Positions 35,855-49,306 of a stretch of 64,000 nucleotides of DNA are shown here, piece after piece. The translations under genes were made by a program, and so were the position numbers. This DNA is from Cirrosporium novae-zelandiae. Its lineage: Eukaryota. Positions within the stretch are counted from its first letter, which is position 1. Each line of letters opens with the position of its first letter. The notes below the pieces were generated by a model. The model searched no databases. It saw nothing but the letters and a program-made list of their open reading frames with translations, and was not told the origin of the DNA. The stretch is taken from positions 248,001 to 312,000 of the forward strand of contig JAPETS010000022.1 of NCBI GenBank assembly GCA_026023565.1, written 5' to 3'.

Positions 35855-38800
35855 ATGTGAAGCTCCATGTTTCTAGAGGCCATTTCACGACTGACATGGA
35901 AATAGGTTTGAAAAATCCCTGTACGACCTCATTCGAGGTTTGCGGAACCATAAGGGCAATGAGAGGGCATACATACAAAATAGCTTGAAGGAATGTAGGA
36001 CTGAAATCAGAAGTCAGGATATGGGTTCGTGCTGCATCAACACCAGGCGTCACTCCATCACTTACTCAGCGGGCATCAGATCTCAAAGCCACGGCCCTGC
36101 TTAAGCTCATATACCTGGAAATGTTTGGGCATGATATGTCCTGGGCTTCATTCAATGTTCTAGAAGTAATGTCGTCCGCGAAATATCTGCAGAAGAGGGT
36201 TGGCTACCTGGGAGCCGTTCAGAGTTTCAGGCCGGACACAGAAGTGTTGATGCTGGCAACGAATCTTCTGAAAAAAGTATGTATTCCTTGGTTCGAGGGT
36301 GTTGCTGGTGCAACGAGTTGATCGGATATTTCAGGATGTCACTTCATCCTTGCCTTTGGTCATGGCTTTGCCCTTGGGTGCCCTTCCACACATCAGTACG
36401 CCCTCTTTAGCATTATCCTTAGTAAGTGATCTGCTTCCCAGACTTTCTCATTCGCAAGCCGTAATCCGCAAGAAAACCGTTGCTACATTGTTTCGCATGG
36501 CTCTGGTCTACCCCGAGACCTTGCGGCCTGCTTGGCCCAAAATAAAAGACCGCTTAATGGATGTGGACGAGGACCCAAGCGTGACGGCGGCAGTCGTAAA
36601 TGTGGTGTGCGAACTAGGCTGGAGAAGACCCCAAGACTTCCTTTCTCTAGCTCCAAGATTATTTGACCTCCTTGTGGGTGGGAGCAACAACTGGATGGCC
36701 ATCAAGATCATCAAGCTTGTAAGCAGTTGCGCCACCAGCTTCTAGTATTAGCCTAACATCAACAGTTTGCTACATTAACACCCCTGGAGCCTCGGCTTAT
36801 ACGAAAACTACTTCCGCCGCTTACTAACCTCATAAGGACGACGACTGCTATGTCGTTGCTATATGAGTGCATTAATGGAATTATCCAAGGAGGAATCCTT
36901 GAAGCATCAGATAGCGGACGGGAGGGGGACGAGATTGCTAGTCTTTGTGCAGAAAAGCTTCGAGGCATGATTGTCGTCGAGGGCGACCCGAACCGTATGT
37001 TTCAGAGTAGCCCATTAAGAGATCGTCTAACGTCATGTAGTGAAATATGTTGCTTTGCTTGCTCTTAATAAGATCGTGTTGACTCGACCCTTTCTCGTAT
37101 CAACGCAACAGGATGTTATAATGGATTGCTTAGATGATTCAGATATTTCCATACGCATCCAAGCCTTGGATCTTGTGATTGGCATGGTAAATAGTGATAA
37201 TTTACAGCCTGTTGTTGAACGTCTTATCACTCAATTAAGACTTTCTCCTACCGTATCAGCTATTGATGACCCAATGAATGATCGGGGACCAAGGCCATTG
37301 GAACCCTCTGCAGATTCCGAGGAGGAAGACCCCGAGGAGTCATTAAGAATCTCTGGACGAAACATCGACGAACGACCAGCTTTACCCGACAGCTACCGTC
37401 TTGATGTTATCTCAAAGATATTGGATATTTGCTCCCGAGACATGTACACCAATGTCACAGACTTTGAGTGGTACATCAAGACTTTGGTGGATCTTGTTCG
37501 TTTAGTACCAGCGCCTAGTGCATTAGAAAGTATAGAGGGGTTGCCTGTTAACCCGCTTGCCGATGAGGTTATACCTCCGAAAGATGATGTATCATCCAAC
37601 ATCGGCTCTGAACTACTTAACGTTGCTGTCCGGGTCAAAAGTTTAAGGTCAGAGGCAACTCGAGCAGCTGAGGCCCTGGTCTTGGTTGATAATCGTCCAA
37701 ATCTCTTTCCGCCCACAGGTAATGGCGGCCAAAATGTCTTGAAATCAGCCGTATGGATTGTCGGTGAATACGCAGAATACCTATTGAATCCACAAGGTGT
37801 CTTATCATCCCTCCTGCACCCGTCGACTATGCAACTTCCGGCCGAAATTCTCATCTTCTGCATTCAAGCTGCGCCTAAGATTTTTTCTCGCATAGTCCAT
37901 ATGAATGCCAGCCCTTGGTCTCCTGAACGTGAAACTATGTTGAATCTGACTTTGAAGAGGCTAATCACCTTCTTGGAAACCCTTTCCACGCATCCCAACC
38001 TTGAAGTTCAAGAACGCTCAATTGGGTTTCTTGAATACATGCGTCTAGCTGCCGAATCTCTCTCATCCGAAGGTCGAACTGGGAACGAGCCACCGTTATT
38101 ACTGACCTCCGTGCTGCCCTCCCTCTTCTCTGGGCTCGAACTTAATCCAGTAGCGCCTGGCGCCCAAAGAAAAGTGCCTATACCAGAAGGCTTAAATCTA
38201 GATGCACCCATCCATTCTGATCTTGCCGGACTCCTCCAAACCTCGGAATTTGATACGGAGTTCTCCTCTGGACGCGAGGATTTCGATGACTTCTACTATA
38301 AACCACCCCCGTCTGCTCCTACATATGCAGAGGATACTCCTGCGGCGGAAAGACTCAGAATACCAGATTCCTATCAATCCCAGACCTCGCCGATTACCTC
38401 CTCAGAAGCTGCCGAACTTATTGAGCGAAGACGAGCAGAACGGAGAGAACGAAATAAAGACGACCCTTTCTTCCTCGGAAAAGAAGATGCAGATTCCACG
38501 CCATCTACATATCACAACATTCTCAGTTCCGGCAACGGTGACGTTGACATAGATTCAATACCGATTATGGCTCTGGATCTTGGGCCCAGCAGACAGGAAG
38601 GCATGGCACGCCCGATACGCAAGAAAGCCCGAAAGAAGGTGGACATTACTTTCGACGAAACTCTTCCTGATAGTGGCGCCTCCTCTGCACAGCACTCTGG
38701 TACAGCCACACCCTCTCATCCAGCTACCCATAAGAGTAAAACGAAGCGCCCCAAAGCTCTTCTCCAGGTCGATTCATCGGCGCTTGGGGGAATCTCCCTC

Positions 38801-39169
38801 TCCGAAACGGCCTCTGGCCCGGGAGCGTACGACGAGCTAGAAATGGAACGGAAAAAGAAAGAGGAAGAGGAAATGAAGGAGGCGATGAAAGAAGTAGAGC
38901 GTTTGAGACTTGAGATGCAGAGAGCGAACGAAAGGGTACAGAAAGTAGGAACACCTGAAGGAGGAGAGGTCATTAGGAGAAAGAAGAAGAAGATAAAGGG
39001 GAAGAATAAAGCCACGGAGCCGGCAAGGGATGAAGTGGCAGGACCAGCAGAACCGTCTCCGGAAGGCGATGTAGTAGTTAAGAAAAAGAAGAAGCGGAAG
39101 GTCATATCTAAAGCGGCGGAGACAATGGAGAGGGGAGAAGTTCTCCAGAGGGAGGCTAGAGGGCCATAG
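35855..39169 (+). CDS. apl5: AP-3 adaptor complex delta subunit
   Basis: Introns 35857-35905, 36025-36079, 36277-36334, 36719-36765 and 36995-37040 give MFEKSLYDLIRGLRNHKG...LEMFGHDMSWASFNVLEVMSS...KRVGYL...NNWMAIKIIKLFATLTPLEPRL...DPNLKYVALL. Confidence 0.95.
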
Positions 39170-39480
39170 ACAAGTAGGATCGATACAAAACACTAATATA
39201 ATATTTTTAACACTTGTAATTGATTGCACTGCGCCAATGTCCAGTTGCTAAAAAACAAGTCCATTATTTCTTGTTCGGGGTATTCTGTCTTTTCCTGCCT
39301 CCTTGATATCCTGCACTATTTCCAGCCGTTCGACCTCCTTTCCCTAACATACACACCCGCTTTCAATTGTCTCCAATCAATACCCTACGGGGGGCATCCG
39401 CAATCATCGTTTCCTCTGTCCACACAAAACTCCAAACCCCATCTCTCAAGCCCACATCATATCCCAATCCCAATCCCAAT

Positions 39481-39754
39481 CTAAAAGAAATACCTCAACA
39501 ATTCCAAGACGAGACCGCCAATGAGCAGAAATGCAAGTAGGCCAATCCAGATTGGAGAAATTGGAGATTTATCGCCAGACTTGGCTTTGCGCACACTCTC
39601 AGGCTTGCCCATTTTGAAAGCTTCATGTTTGGCGAATTTGTCGTTCGCGCGGCGTTGTTGGGGGGTTTGGGCCTATGAAGGGAAGCGCCTGTTAGTGGGG
39701 GGGGGGGCAATAGGATGTAGGGGCAATAGGCGAAGAGGGAGGGAGTTGTACCAT
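39481..39754 (-). CDS. ysy6: RAMP4/SERP1 (Ysy6-like) tail-anchored ER protein, 64 aa (absent from the ORF track)
   Basis: ATG-only first coding exon 39754-39752; intron 39673-39751 (GTACAA...ACTAAC...TAG). Protein MAQTPQQRRANDKFAKHEAFKMGKPESVRKAKSGDKSPISPIWIGLLAFLLIGGLVLELLRYFF. Confidence 0.92.
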
Positions 39755-41792
39755 TTTAACGGTGGGCGGGATGTGTAAGTAGATTGTCTGTTATAGGAAT
39801 ATTCTGGAGGGATGCGAGATCCGTTGATGGAGGGAGGTATGCAGATGCGGAGGTGATGTTCTTAAGTAGAACTGAGTAGGTTTTGAAAAGCTTTGGTAAT
39901 GTCTCAACCAAGTAGCATACAAAAATGCGGAAAGGAGCCTCGAACTGTTGTTCCACTGTGAGCTTCGAGCTTCGAAAGAAGGGGGCTTTTTGGGTTGTAA
40001 GAAAGTATACGGAGGTGGTATCGGGTAGACTCACTTCTTAAATCCACAGATCCTGCACCAAGAAATTTTGTAAAAAGGACAGATATATCGCAAATCACAG
40101 ATAGTATACAAGCTGTCCTTTCAAGAAGGATGTCGAAGAGAAAAAAGGTTGAAGCTGAATTGAAAGGATGGCAAAAGATTTATTAATCAAATGTTCCTCC
40201 TTCAACGTGTTCACAAGCCGCCTACGACGAGCAGGGGCTCCTGTATTGTGATCACGTGTTGATCGGAGTTGGAAGGAGCTTCTCCGCATATATTCCCGTG
40301 GTTCCGAATAGGACTAATAGCCATGTTCAACTGACGACGAGTTTCCAAACATGCCTCGAATACCAGTGTCATTGTCCCGCAGTTCTACGTCTAGGGTTTT
40401 TCTACAGCCATCCCCTATTTTCCCCTCCCGTCGGCTTCTCTCCACCAAACCACCTGCTCCCGAGAAACCAGTATCTCCCCATGTACGTTCGCCCTCAATT
40501 TCCTCTCCTCCTCTATTTTTATGATTCTCCCTTCATAGTCCTATCACTCACGGTTTTCCGCCCAGCAGGTCGGCTTCTACAAATCCTTTGGCCGGCCCAT
40601 AGGTAAAGTCTTTCTCGGTGCGATAGCTACCTACCAGCTTATATATTGGGTATGGTTAAAAATGGAGACTGAAGATATAAGATGGGAGAAAGATGGTATA
40701 TACCTAACTCCGTTTTTCAAAATAGTCTCCTTTTAAGGGAATTGGACTGGGCTTAGGGAGGCATGCTAATTGGCGATGCTAGCGGAAATAAAAAGGCTTG
40801 AAAACAAACTAAAGGAGCTTTCTCCTAATCAATAAGAGGAAAGGGAGGAACGAGGAATGGATTTTGTGATAACATTGTCTAAGGTTGTGCTTTAAGAGCC
40901 TACTTCCAGAACTCGGGGCATGGCCAGGGCTTTGGCTCAACCCGGGGATGTTGAAGTACCAGGATGCTGCTGCTGCTCATATCAATCAGTCCCCATCAGG
41001 ATTTGAAATGCCTAATAGACAGGGGAGTTTTTATCCCAGTCTACACCATGAAGGAAGGATTCTCCCTCGCCCAATGGGAGAAATGTATGTATACAAGGTG
41101 AGTTACTCTTTACTTGCTTCCAGCAGGGATAGCTAAGAGAGGTGGTTCAGGAAACAGCACTTTTTTTTATATCACTAATATCCCAAGAAACCTGTGTTTG
41201 TTCATAGGTGCTACTTATTATGAAAAGTTACCTTTGCCAGTGTTGATACAGGATTTGAAATGAATGTATTTTTCTAGCACCACTGCATCTTCTGACTATA
41301 AGTAGCCGTACTAAGGTTCTGCTGTGATTGTATAACATAGGAGAAAGAATCTGGCTGAGATGATGATTATTCATTTTATTATCCGCTTTGTCACCTTCGA
41401 GTTATCGCGGACTGGTCTAGCTAAGAATACGATATTTTCTAATAGCCAATTCAATTCTACCGAGTTATCCTCCAAATCCATCTTTTCATCTTTTTTCTCT
41501 CTCTATCAATTTCATCTTTCCCACCCATTACCTTCACCCAACTAGGATGAAACCCAACAACCAACCCCTTTAACACGCTTCGAAACATCGAATATCCCCT
41601 AAAAGAGTTTTCCAGTTTTCCAGTTTTCCAGCCAGTCGTTCCAATGGCCTAATTATATATATCCATCCGTCCTCTCCTCTCCAACCCCCCAGCAAGGCCT
41701 AGTGTAGTGTATATATAAATATATAAACAACCAGATTCGGCTCCCACAACCACATTAGGGGGGTGATGATAATAGGTACCTGGCTCTCGGTC

Positions 41793-41832
41793 GAGGTTGA
41801 GGTTGAGGTTGAGGTTGAGGTTGAGGTTGAGG
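41793..41832 (+). repeat. (GAGGTT)n microsatellite, about 6 units
   Basis: Directly visible tandem hexamer. Confidence 0.9.
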
Positions 41833-42560
41833 GGGACGAGGAATGGATGGGATAATGTAAAAGGAAGTATTACTGTAGGGGTAGTAGTAGTGGGATAGGA
41901 TAGGATAGGGTAGGGTAATTAATATTTTTATTGTCTCCTCTAACAATAACAACAGGCATGGAACAGCATGCAAACAATTCCAATAGAAGCGTGTCATATC
42001 TACCCAATTAACTCACTCACGCACGCACGCACGCACGCACGCACGCACAGCAAGAATCACAAATCAATAACTATCCTCGCTATACTATTTGTTATCTAGA
42101 TATCGCAATACAAATATAAATACAACCAAACATGCTACTTATTGTGATGTTATATATAAACTTTTATGTAGATAGTTTATAGGTATAGAGGGAGGGGTGG
42201 CAGACATGTGGGTGGATAGGTATAACCATCTTTCTCCTCCCTTCTCCCACTCCTCCTTTACTTCCTTCTTTACTGCCTTCCACTTCCCTCCGCTCTACCG
42301 CCCCACACTACCGATTACGTCTATCAAATATACCTATTGTGCCTACTATTGGGTCTAATAAAAGCCAATCAATCAACTAATTCATTAATTGTGATATAGA
42401 ATAATTCAACCCAGTTTGACAGCATATATACATATACATACGAAGCCAACAATATAACATAGACCTACACTATTACCATTACCATCACCCCCCCCATTGC
42501 CTCAGTCCATTTATATATATAAAAAATATTAGTCTATACCCCTTCATCCCTCATCCCTTT

Positions 42561-42615
42561 CTTCTTCTTCTTCTTCTTCTTCTTCTTCTTCTTCTTCTTC
42601 TTCTTCTTCTTCTTC
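42561..42615 (+). repeat. (CTT)n microsatellite, about 18 units
   Basis: Directly visible perfect trinucleotide run in an SSR-rich spacer. Confidence 0.95.
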
Positions 42616-43686
42616 TCCTCCTCCTCTTCTTCTTTTCTAGAATAACCTAATCCAATCCAATCCAATCAAATCAAATCAAATTAAAACCAAACTCTCCTCT
42701 CTCCTCTACATTTTTATTTTTCTTTTTCTTTCTATTTTATAAAAAAAAAAAAAATGGAGGAGAAGCAGAAAGATGAGAAATGAAGCGGGATTAGGAAAAT
42801 AAGGAAAAAAATGTGGGAAGAGGGGGGGAGGGTGGGGAATGAGGTATGGAGAGTGGAGGGAATAAATGAAAGGGGTGAGGGGTAGAAATATGTTGGAAAT
42901 GTAGTGATGGTAGCGGTGGTGGGGGAAATGCGGGGTTAGGAAGTGGAAAGTGGGGGGGTTAGGAAGTGGAACTTGGGAGATATGAATAACTGAATACTGA
43001 ATCTTTCAAGGGCGAGCGAAGAGAACGATCTATTTCCGTTTCCATTCGTGATGATAATTACGGTAGATAATTAATTATACATAATAGGGCAGTAAAAGTA
43101 AAGAGCAAGAGCAAAAGTAGGAGTATTATAATTCATGGATAGAATATATATAATCTACGCTACACTCCTGTGGAGGGTGGAGGGAAAAAAAAATTATAGA
43201 TGTTATTTATCTTTATTACTATTGTTATAATTTATCATAGCTGCCATTATTATTGTCCTTACCTTCCTAGGGGTCATTAGACATTAAACATTAAGCATTA
43301 GATTAGACATATATATCTTTATACCTTCAAGTAATCGCACCATTCCTCGCACCTTCTCATTCATAGCTGTAAAAGTTCCCAGCTGCTCTGTCCTTGCATC
43401 ATCACTTCCCCCCCCTCCTCTCCTCATCAACAATTAAGGTAAAACATCTTCATCAACTACCCCATAACTATCATCTCCAACTCCATCATTTCTAGGTGCA
43501 TCCCAACATCCCAATACAAATCCCACCCCTGTGCCTCGAACAGCGGGAAAACAATGTTCCATTTCTCTTACGTGGTTAGCTTTTCTTGTGTCCTTTTCTT
43601 CTTTTTCTTCTTTTTCTTGCTGGTTGAGAGATGATGGATATGATGAGGGGGGTAAAGGATTCAGGGAAAGGGAAGATGGATGGGTT

Positions 43687-43995
43687 TTAGTAGAGGAGGG
43701 AGATGGGGATGGGGTTGATGATGACAATGTCGGAGGGATATGGTGTGGGGGCGGAAGGGTTTCGTCCGGGAAGGACACTGATGGTTTTGTAGGATACAAG
43801 GGTGACTTCGTTGAGACGGATACGAACGATGGAACCATATTGCTCGTGCCATTTGGAAAATGGTTGATTGCGATGGAGAGGTAGGCCAAAATAGGAAATA
43901 GGAAACGTGGTACCTGTGGTAAAGCTGCGAGGTTGGGACATGAAATATAACAAAAAGGATCGAGGTTCGAGTAGGAAATAATAAAGAGCTACCAT
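43687..43995 (-). pseudogene. Probable cytochrome P450 N-terminal relic
   Basis: Frame encodes a hydrophobic N-terminus then KWHEQYGSIVRIRLNEVTL, resembling the P450 LHxKYGxxVRIGPNEV block; stops soon after, with no ExxR, PERF or FxxGxRxC downstream. Confidence 0.5.
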
Positions 43996-44702
43996 AGAAT
44001 AACAGTGGCAATAATTGGACGGTGATAAAAAAGTTATCATTTTGTTATTGTCAACTTATTAAAATCAAATAGAAGAACACAAATTTAAAAAACTATTAAT
44101 AGCCATGGTAGCGAGCGATGAGAAGAACGGCAGCGAGATGTGTAAAAACTTTATGTTGGTTAAATAGATCCAAAAATCATATCATCCAATAGCATTGTAT
44201 GATTTAAGATGGCTAGATTCCATTATTTGAGATGATTGTCGTACAAAGATTGATTAGCGGAGTAGTGGAGAGTAACTGGGGTCAATTATCCCCGAACACT
44301 TATCTCAATTCATACCATCGGTGTCGACGTTACCATTTTGGCAATCACTCATTTAGGGCAATCTTGGTTATCAAGTCAGTGCATATTAGACTTTCCTTCT
44401 TGGCCAACATGATTCCATACATGATGAATTCCAAGACGGAGCTCCGCTGCTTATTGATGGCGGAATTCTCTGCCAAGGTCCTCTGCCAAGAACTAGAATG
44501 GTCCAAAGGTCTTGGAGATCCACTTGTCATCCGGTTCCTTATCTACACAGTAAGAATTTGCCCCTGATAATCGTCCAGGATTAGTTTGTTATCGGGAGAA
44601 AACCGGCTTTGTAAGACGTATGCCAGTATCGTATATAAAGGCCCTGCAGGCCAAGGGTTGTGAAATGTCAAGGAACTCGTCAATCTTCAATCACCCATTG
44701 CC

Positions 44703-46576
44703 ATGGACGTCGAGAAGGATACCAAGTTCCCCCAAGTTGAAGAGGAAAAGAAGAGCGGATCTGATGAGGCTGTCGGTGAGGTCGACGCGATTCAATATGA
44801 TGATAAATATGGTCATATCAAGCGTGGACTGAAGGGAAGACACGTCCAGCTCATGGCAATCGGAGGCAGTATCGGAACTGGTCTATTCGTTGGGATTGGA
44901 TCTTCTCTCAGTACTGCCGGTCCATTATCGACGTTTCTCGCTTTCATGATTTATCCTGCCCTCTTTATTTGGCCATGCTTTCAATGTGTCGCTGAGGTAA
45001 GCAATACAGGAACTACACGACGATGATACTGAACCGTGCTAACTTGTCCACGTCTTTAGATGGCAGCGCATTTGCCAATCCGCGGAAGTATTTTCGAATA
45101 TGCAACTCGTTATCTCGATCCAGCATGTGGGTATGTACACATCCTTCTGTCTCTCCAAGAATACACCTAACGTCGCAAAAGTTTTGCTCTCGGTTGGACA
45201 TATTTCTATGCATCTTCTATGCTGTTTTGTGCCGAAATATCCGCCGTGGCTACTGTGATGCAATACTGGGATTCCGATACAAATCCGGCGGCATGGATCG
45301 CCATGTGCCTAGTGGTTGTTCTTTTTCTCAATGTCTTTGCTGTCAAGTGAGTACCCAAGCCTATCCCCTGTCAATGACAATGCTAACGAATTATTGCAGA
45401 TGGTATGGTGAAAGCGAATTCGTTTTCAGTTCGACAAAAGTCCTTCTCATCATCGGCTTATGCCTACTCACCTTCATTACCATGGTTGGCGGGAATCCTC
45501 ACCACGATGCTTATGGCTTCAGAACCTGGACAAACGGCAATGCTATGCATCCGTATTACACAACAGGCACTACAGGTCGTTTCTTGGGATGGTGGAGCGT
45601 CATGATCTACGCGGCCTTTTCCATCTCCGGTCCAGATCTAATTGCACTTGCAGCTGGTGAAATCGAGAATCCACGTCGAAATATCCCAAGAGTAGCTCAG
45701 AAATCTCTCTGGAGAATTGTAGGCTTCTATGTGATTGGAGTTCTCGCAGTCGGTATCATTTGCTCGAGTCGGGATCCACGTCTTCTAGGAGCGTTGAATT
45801 CTGGAGCAGCTGGCTCAGCAGCCTCTCCATGGGTTATTGGTATTCAGAACCTCGGTATCCACGGACTTCCGGGTTTCATCAACTTTTTGATTCTCGTGTC
45901 TGGCTGGAGTTGTGGAAACGCATACATGTACAGCAGCTCACGAACTCTGTACTCTCTTGCGGTCAAGGGCCAAGCACCCAAATTCTTCCTAAAGTGTACT
46001 GGATCAGGATGTCCTATTTGGTGTGTTTTGGTAGTGGCCTTGCTTTCTTGCATCACCTTCATGGTCTCTAGCAATTCTTCGGCGGTCGTATTCAACTGGT
46101 TTGTGGATCTTGCAACGATTGGATTTTTGATATGTTATACTTTGATGATAGTGACTTGGGTAAGAAACTTCCTCCGTTCACCTAGGAATCATTCTAACAT
46201 TGCACAGGTCGGCTGGAACAAGGCATTGAAAGCACAAGGAGTCAGTCGAGATTCTCTGAGCTGGAAAGCACCCTTGATGCCATACGCAGCATACATTGCG
46301 ATCGTCTCTGGTTGTGTGATCATCTTACTGTCTGGGTTCGACGTGTTCTCCCCATTTTCAGTTCAAGGCTTTATTACCTCATATTTTGGAATACCATACG
46401 CCGCCTTTGTGTTTTTGTTTTGGAAGATATTCAAGAAGACGAAGTGGGTCAAACCAGCGGAGGCAGACATCTGGTCCGGCAAAGCGGAAATCGACGAGGA
46501 ATGCAAAATCTGGGAAGAAGCTCCTCCTGCTCCTCCACAGAACTTCATGAAGCGTATGTGGGAATCGATTTGTTAA
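44703..46576 (+). CDS. Amino-acid permease (YAT/APC superfamily)
   Basis: Introns 44997-45059, 45131-45181, 45347-45399 and 46160-46207. Motifs KRGLKGRHVQLMAIGGSIGTGLFVGIG, WYGESEF, AAGEIENPRRNIP, ASPWVIGI, YSSSRTLYSLA. Confidence 0.95.
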
Positions 46577-46999
46577 TTAGAGTACTTTGATAATCTCAAA
46601 AATTTATTCGTCATCAATCGTATGTTATGATAAAAGACTAGTCGAATAGCCTTGGAAATTTCGGGTTAGAGGTCTATAGTGTGCATTTAGCCACAACATA
46701 GTTCTACATAGTACATAACAAATCACTCGTAATTTTTACTAGAAAGGGAATGTAGGGTTCCTTTTATCCTCGCGAGGATTCCATTCTACCGGGAGAAACA
46801 AATGTATTTGTCCTACCTAGTCCTACCATCCAAGTCGTCTATTTGCACTATTAGCACTATCGATAAGTGTCAATGGATAAGTGTCAATGGGCTCTTCTCC
46901 GAGGGCTTAGATGGCTAGTCATAGTGGGGACTAGCTAATAAATATAGAATGTCCAATTGGCAGGATGAAAGCTCTCAGTTGCAGTATCTAAAACATGGA

Positions 47000-48380
47000 T
47001 CAGATGTTTTCAGCTACCCATTCATTAAATATTCGCATCTGTTGTGATTTATTACCGAGGAGCAATAGACGGTCTGTCAGTAACTGGGTATGACACTCTC
47101 CAGGGCATATGCGAATCGTTGTTTGGGGATGACCATACTACAAGACAAAGCGTTAGCAAATCATATTAGCCACAATGAAATCTGCGTAAAGCCAAATTAC
47201 GACAATATTATCGAATAGAATGTTGTTCTTGGGATGGAATTCACTGTTCTTGCCTAAATGGTTCATTTGAGGTTTGGGGTTCGCTTGAATGGTGATACAT
47301 CCAAGGGTAAATACCTTTAAAGCGGTTGCCAGAGTTTCGATATCAGATCTGATAATCTCATTTCCACCAGCTGTGATCATTATATCACCAACGTTGAGGT
47401 CATTCCACCACGAAGGTGGAGCTGATATCGGCGAATTGTATGGGTCAACTTCAGCATTTCCCAAAAAATGCTTATGCCACATCTGTAGACCAGATATCGG
47501 GAGGATATCTTTCTGCTCGTTGTATTTCTTTGACGAAGTCAATATATTAGCATTTGGCCATGGGGACATGAGCACGGCATTCTTGAACTTCCCGTTGACT
47601 CGCAAGGATGGGATTGTAGGATGCGGGTGGCTTATATGCGAGAGGAGAGATAGGATGAGATGCCCACCGGCAGATTGACCAAAGAGGGAGATATCAGATG
47701 GGATTTTATTTAAATCTTCCAACAAGTACCTCATAACCGTGGTGACCTGTTGCAGCTGCCGAGGATATGGGTGCCCTGGTGCGAGATCTATTCGCACAAC
47801 TGCATCAATTTCCGCCACTATAATACACAAGTGACACGTAAAGGACCAACCATAAGCCATAACCAACACAGATACATTTCCCGTCTGACGCTGTGTCTCC
47901 AACATGAATCCCATATCCTCTGGTGTAATGGGTGCACAATATCCACCCCCATGACAATATAATATCACCTTGTGTTCCTCTGGAGATCCCAACCAAAGAG
48001 CTTCAGTACCATCCGAGAGACGGATAATCTGTTGCGGGAGACCTTTCAACCTAGAAAATAGAGAAAATGACGTGCGAGTAGAAGGGAGAACAGCTTGGTA
48101 TTCCCTAGAGTCCAAGGCTCCAGCAAATGCTCGTAGAGCTCCATAGCTAATATGCCTTCGAATTGTTGGAGCACCGTGGGGGCCTCGAAATGGCGCTTTG
48201 GGAATACTGAGAAGAATCCGAAAGACTGTGATCCCTGATTAGTTGTTGCAAAAATGATGTAGTTATTTCTCCCCCCTCGGCTGTAAACATACACGTCCAA
48301 ATAATTCTTCCCCCCAGAAACAGCCAATTTGTAAATGACAAACGCGAGCCATTTGAACCCTTGTTGGAAGCGACGCCCAT
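47000..48380 (-). CDS. Alpha/beta hydrolase (HSL-family, Say1-like esterase)
   Basis: Introns 48235-48292, 47788-47850 and 47138-47314. Oxyanion HGGGY, nucleophile GQSAGG, MSPW, last exon YGHPQTTIRICPGECH (catalytic His) ending EWVAENI*. Confidence 0.85.
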
Positions 48381-49306
48381 TTCCTCCAAGTTTGAAGAGA
48401 TCTGAATCTCCTCCAAGCAATTATTTGGCTTTCATCTTTCATAGGCGAATGTTGCAAATATCGTATTTCTGTGACTGTGTAAAAGGCGGTGGAGCTATGA
48501 CTGCCCGAGACCCAGGGAACGCCTAGCAAAGTCTTAAGATAAGAGACCTTGGGGTCTTGATGCTTAAACAATAGTTAAAAACTAACATTCAACTCCACCG
48601 TCAGATGGTTCGGGATTTCCGGAACTTATGGTTTACTCGAGTACTAACAAATGTCCACAGGGCACTCTGTACTCTTTGCACCCTTGCATTTTCCATTTTC
48701 AGATACTATGATACAGTAACTGTGGAGTAGTAACCTTATCAGCTTCATCAATCCCTATCAAGATTCAAACAGAACTCAAGACATCTTTTATCAACGCTGT
48801 TCTATATCAGACCCCCTTGAGTTCGATTAATAGCATGATTCGGATCCAACCGTCCCGCTATGACGCGTTGCAGTTCCTGGCGATGTTGAGTTACTGTGTA
48901 TACGCCACCCTGGTGGAGGGATGCATTCTAGTTCGGTTCTTCTCTCTCTAGTTCTGACCCAAAACACTCGGGACATGGTCTTTTTGACTTTGGAAGGATC
49001 CATATAGGATTTGCTTATGCCAAGGTACAAACAACCATATTAAACAGCGAACTTGCTACTAGTTAGTTAACTAACATGAACCATTTCCTTAATTACTCTA
49101 TGGGTTTCTAGATCTGGTAATAAATGCTGCCTAGGACAAACTAACGGATTTCCAGACAAGAGTTGAATGCATATAACTTGAAGCTTTCCGCTCTTCTTGT
49201 TCCTCTTCCATTGTCCCATCATCCATAGAATTGCATCTCCACTCATTGGTATTGTCTAGTAATCTTCTCCAAATCTCCACTCTTCCGTGTCTCATTTCCT
49301 GACATC

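Noticed and set aside
39790..41140. Possible small spliced gene (GTGAGT donors near 40034 and 40551 on the minus strand; ORFs 40256-40606 and 40885-41136)
   Set aside because: No coherent spliced ORF or family motif could be assembled; needs RNA-seq.
47201..47253. Possible cassette exon inside the 177-nt esterase intron
   Set aside because: 53 nt long, so it would frameshift away the catalytic His; weak branch point; one long intron fits better.
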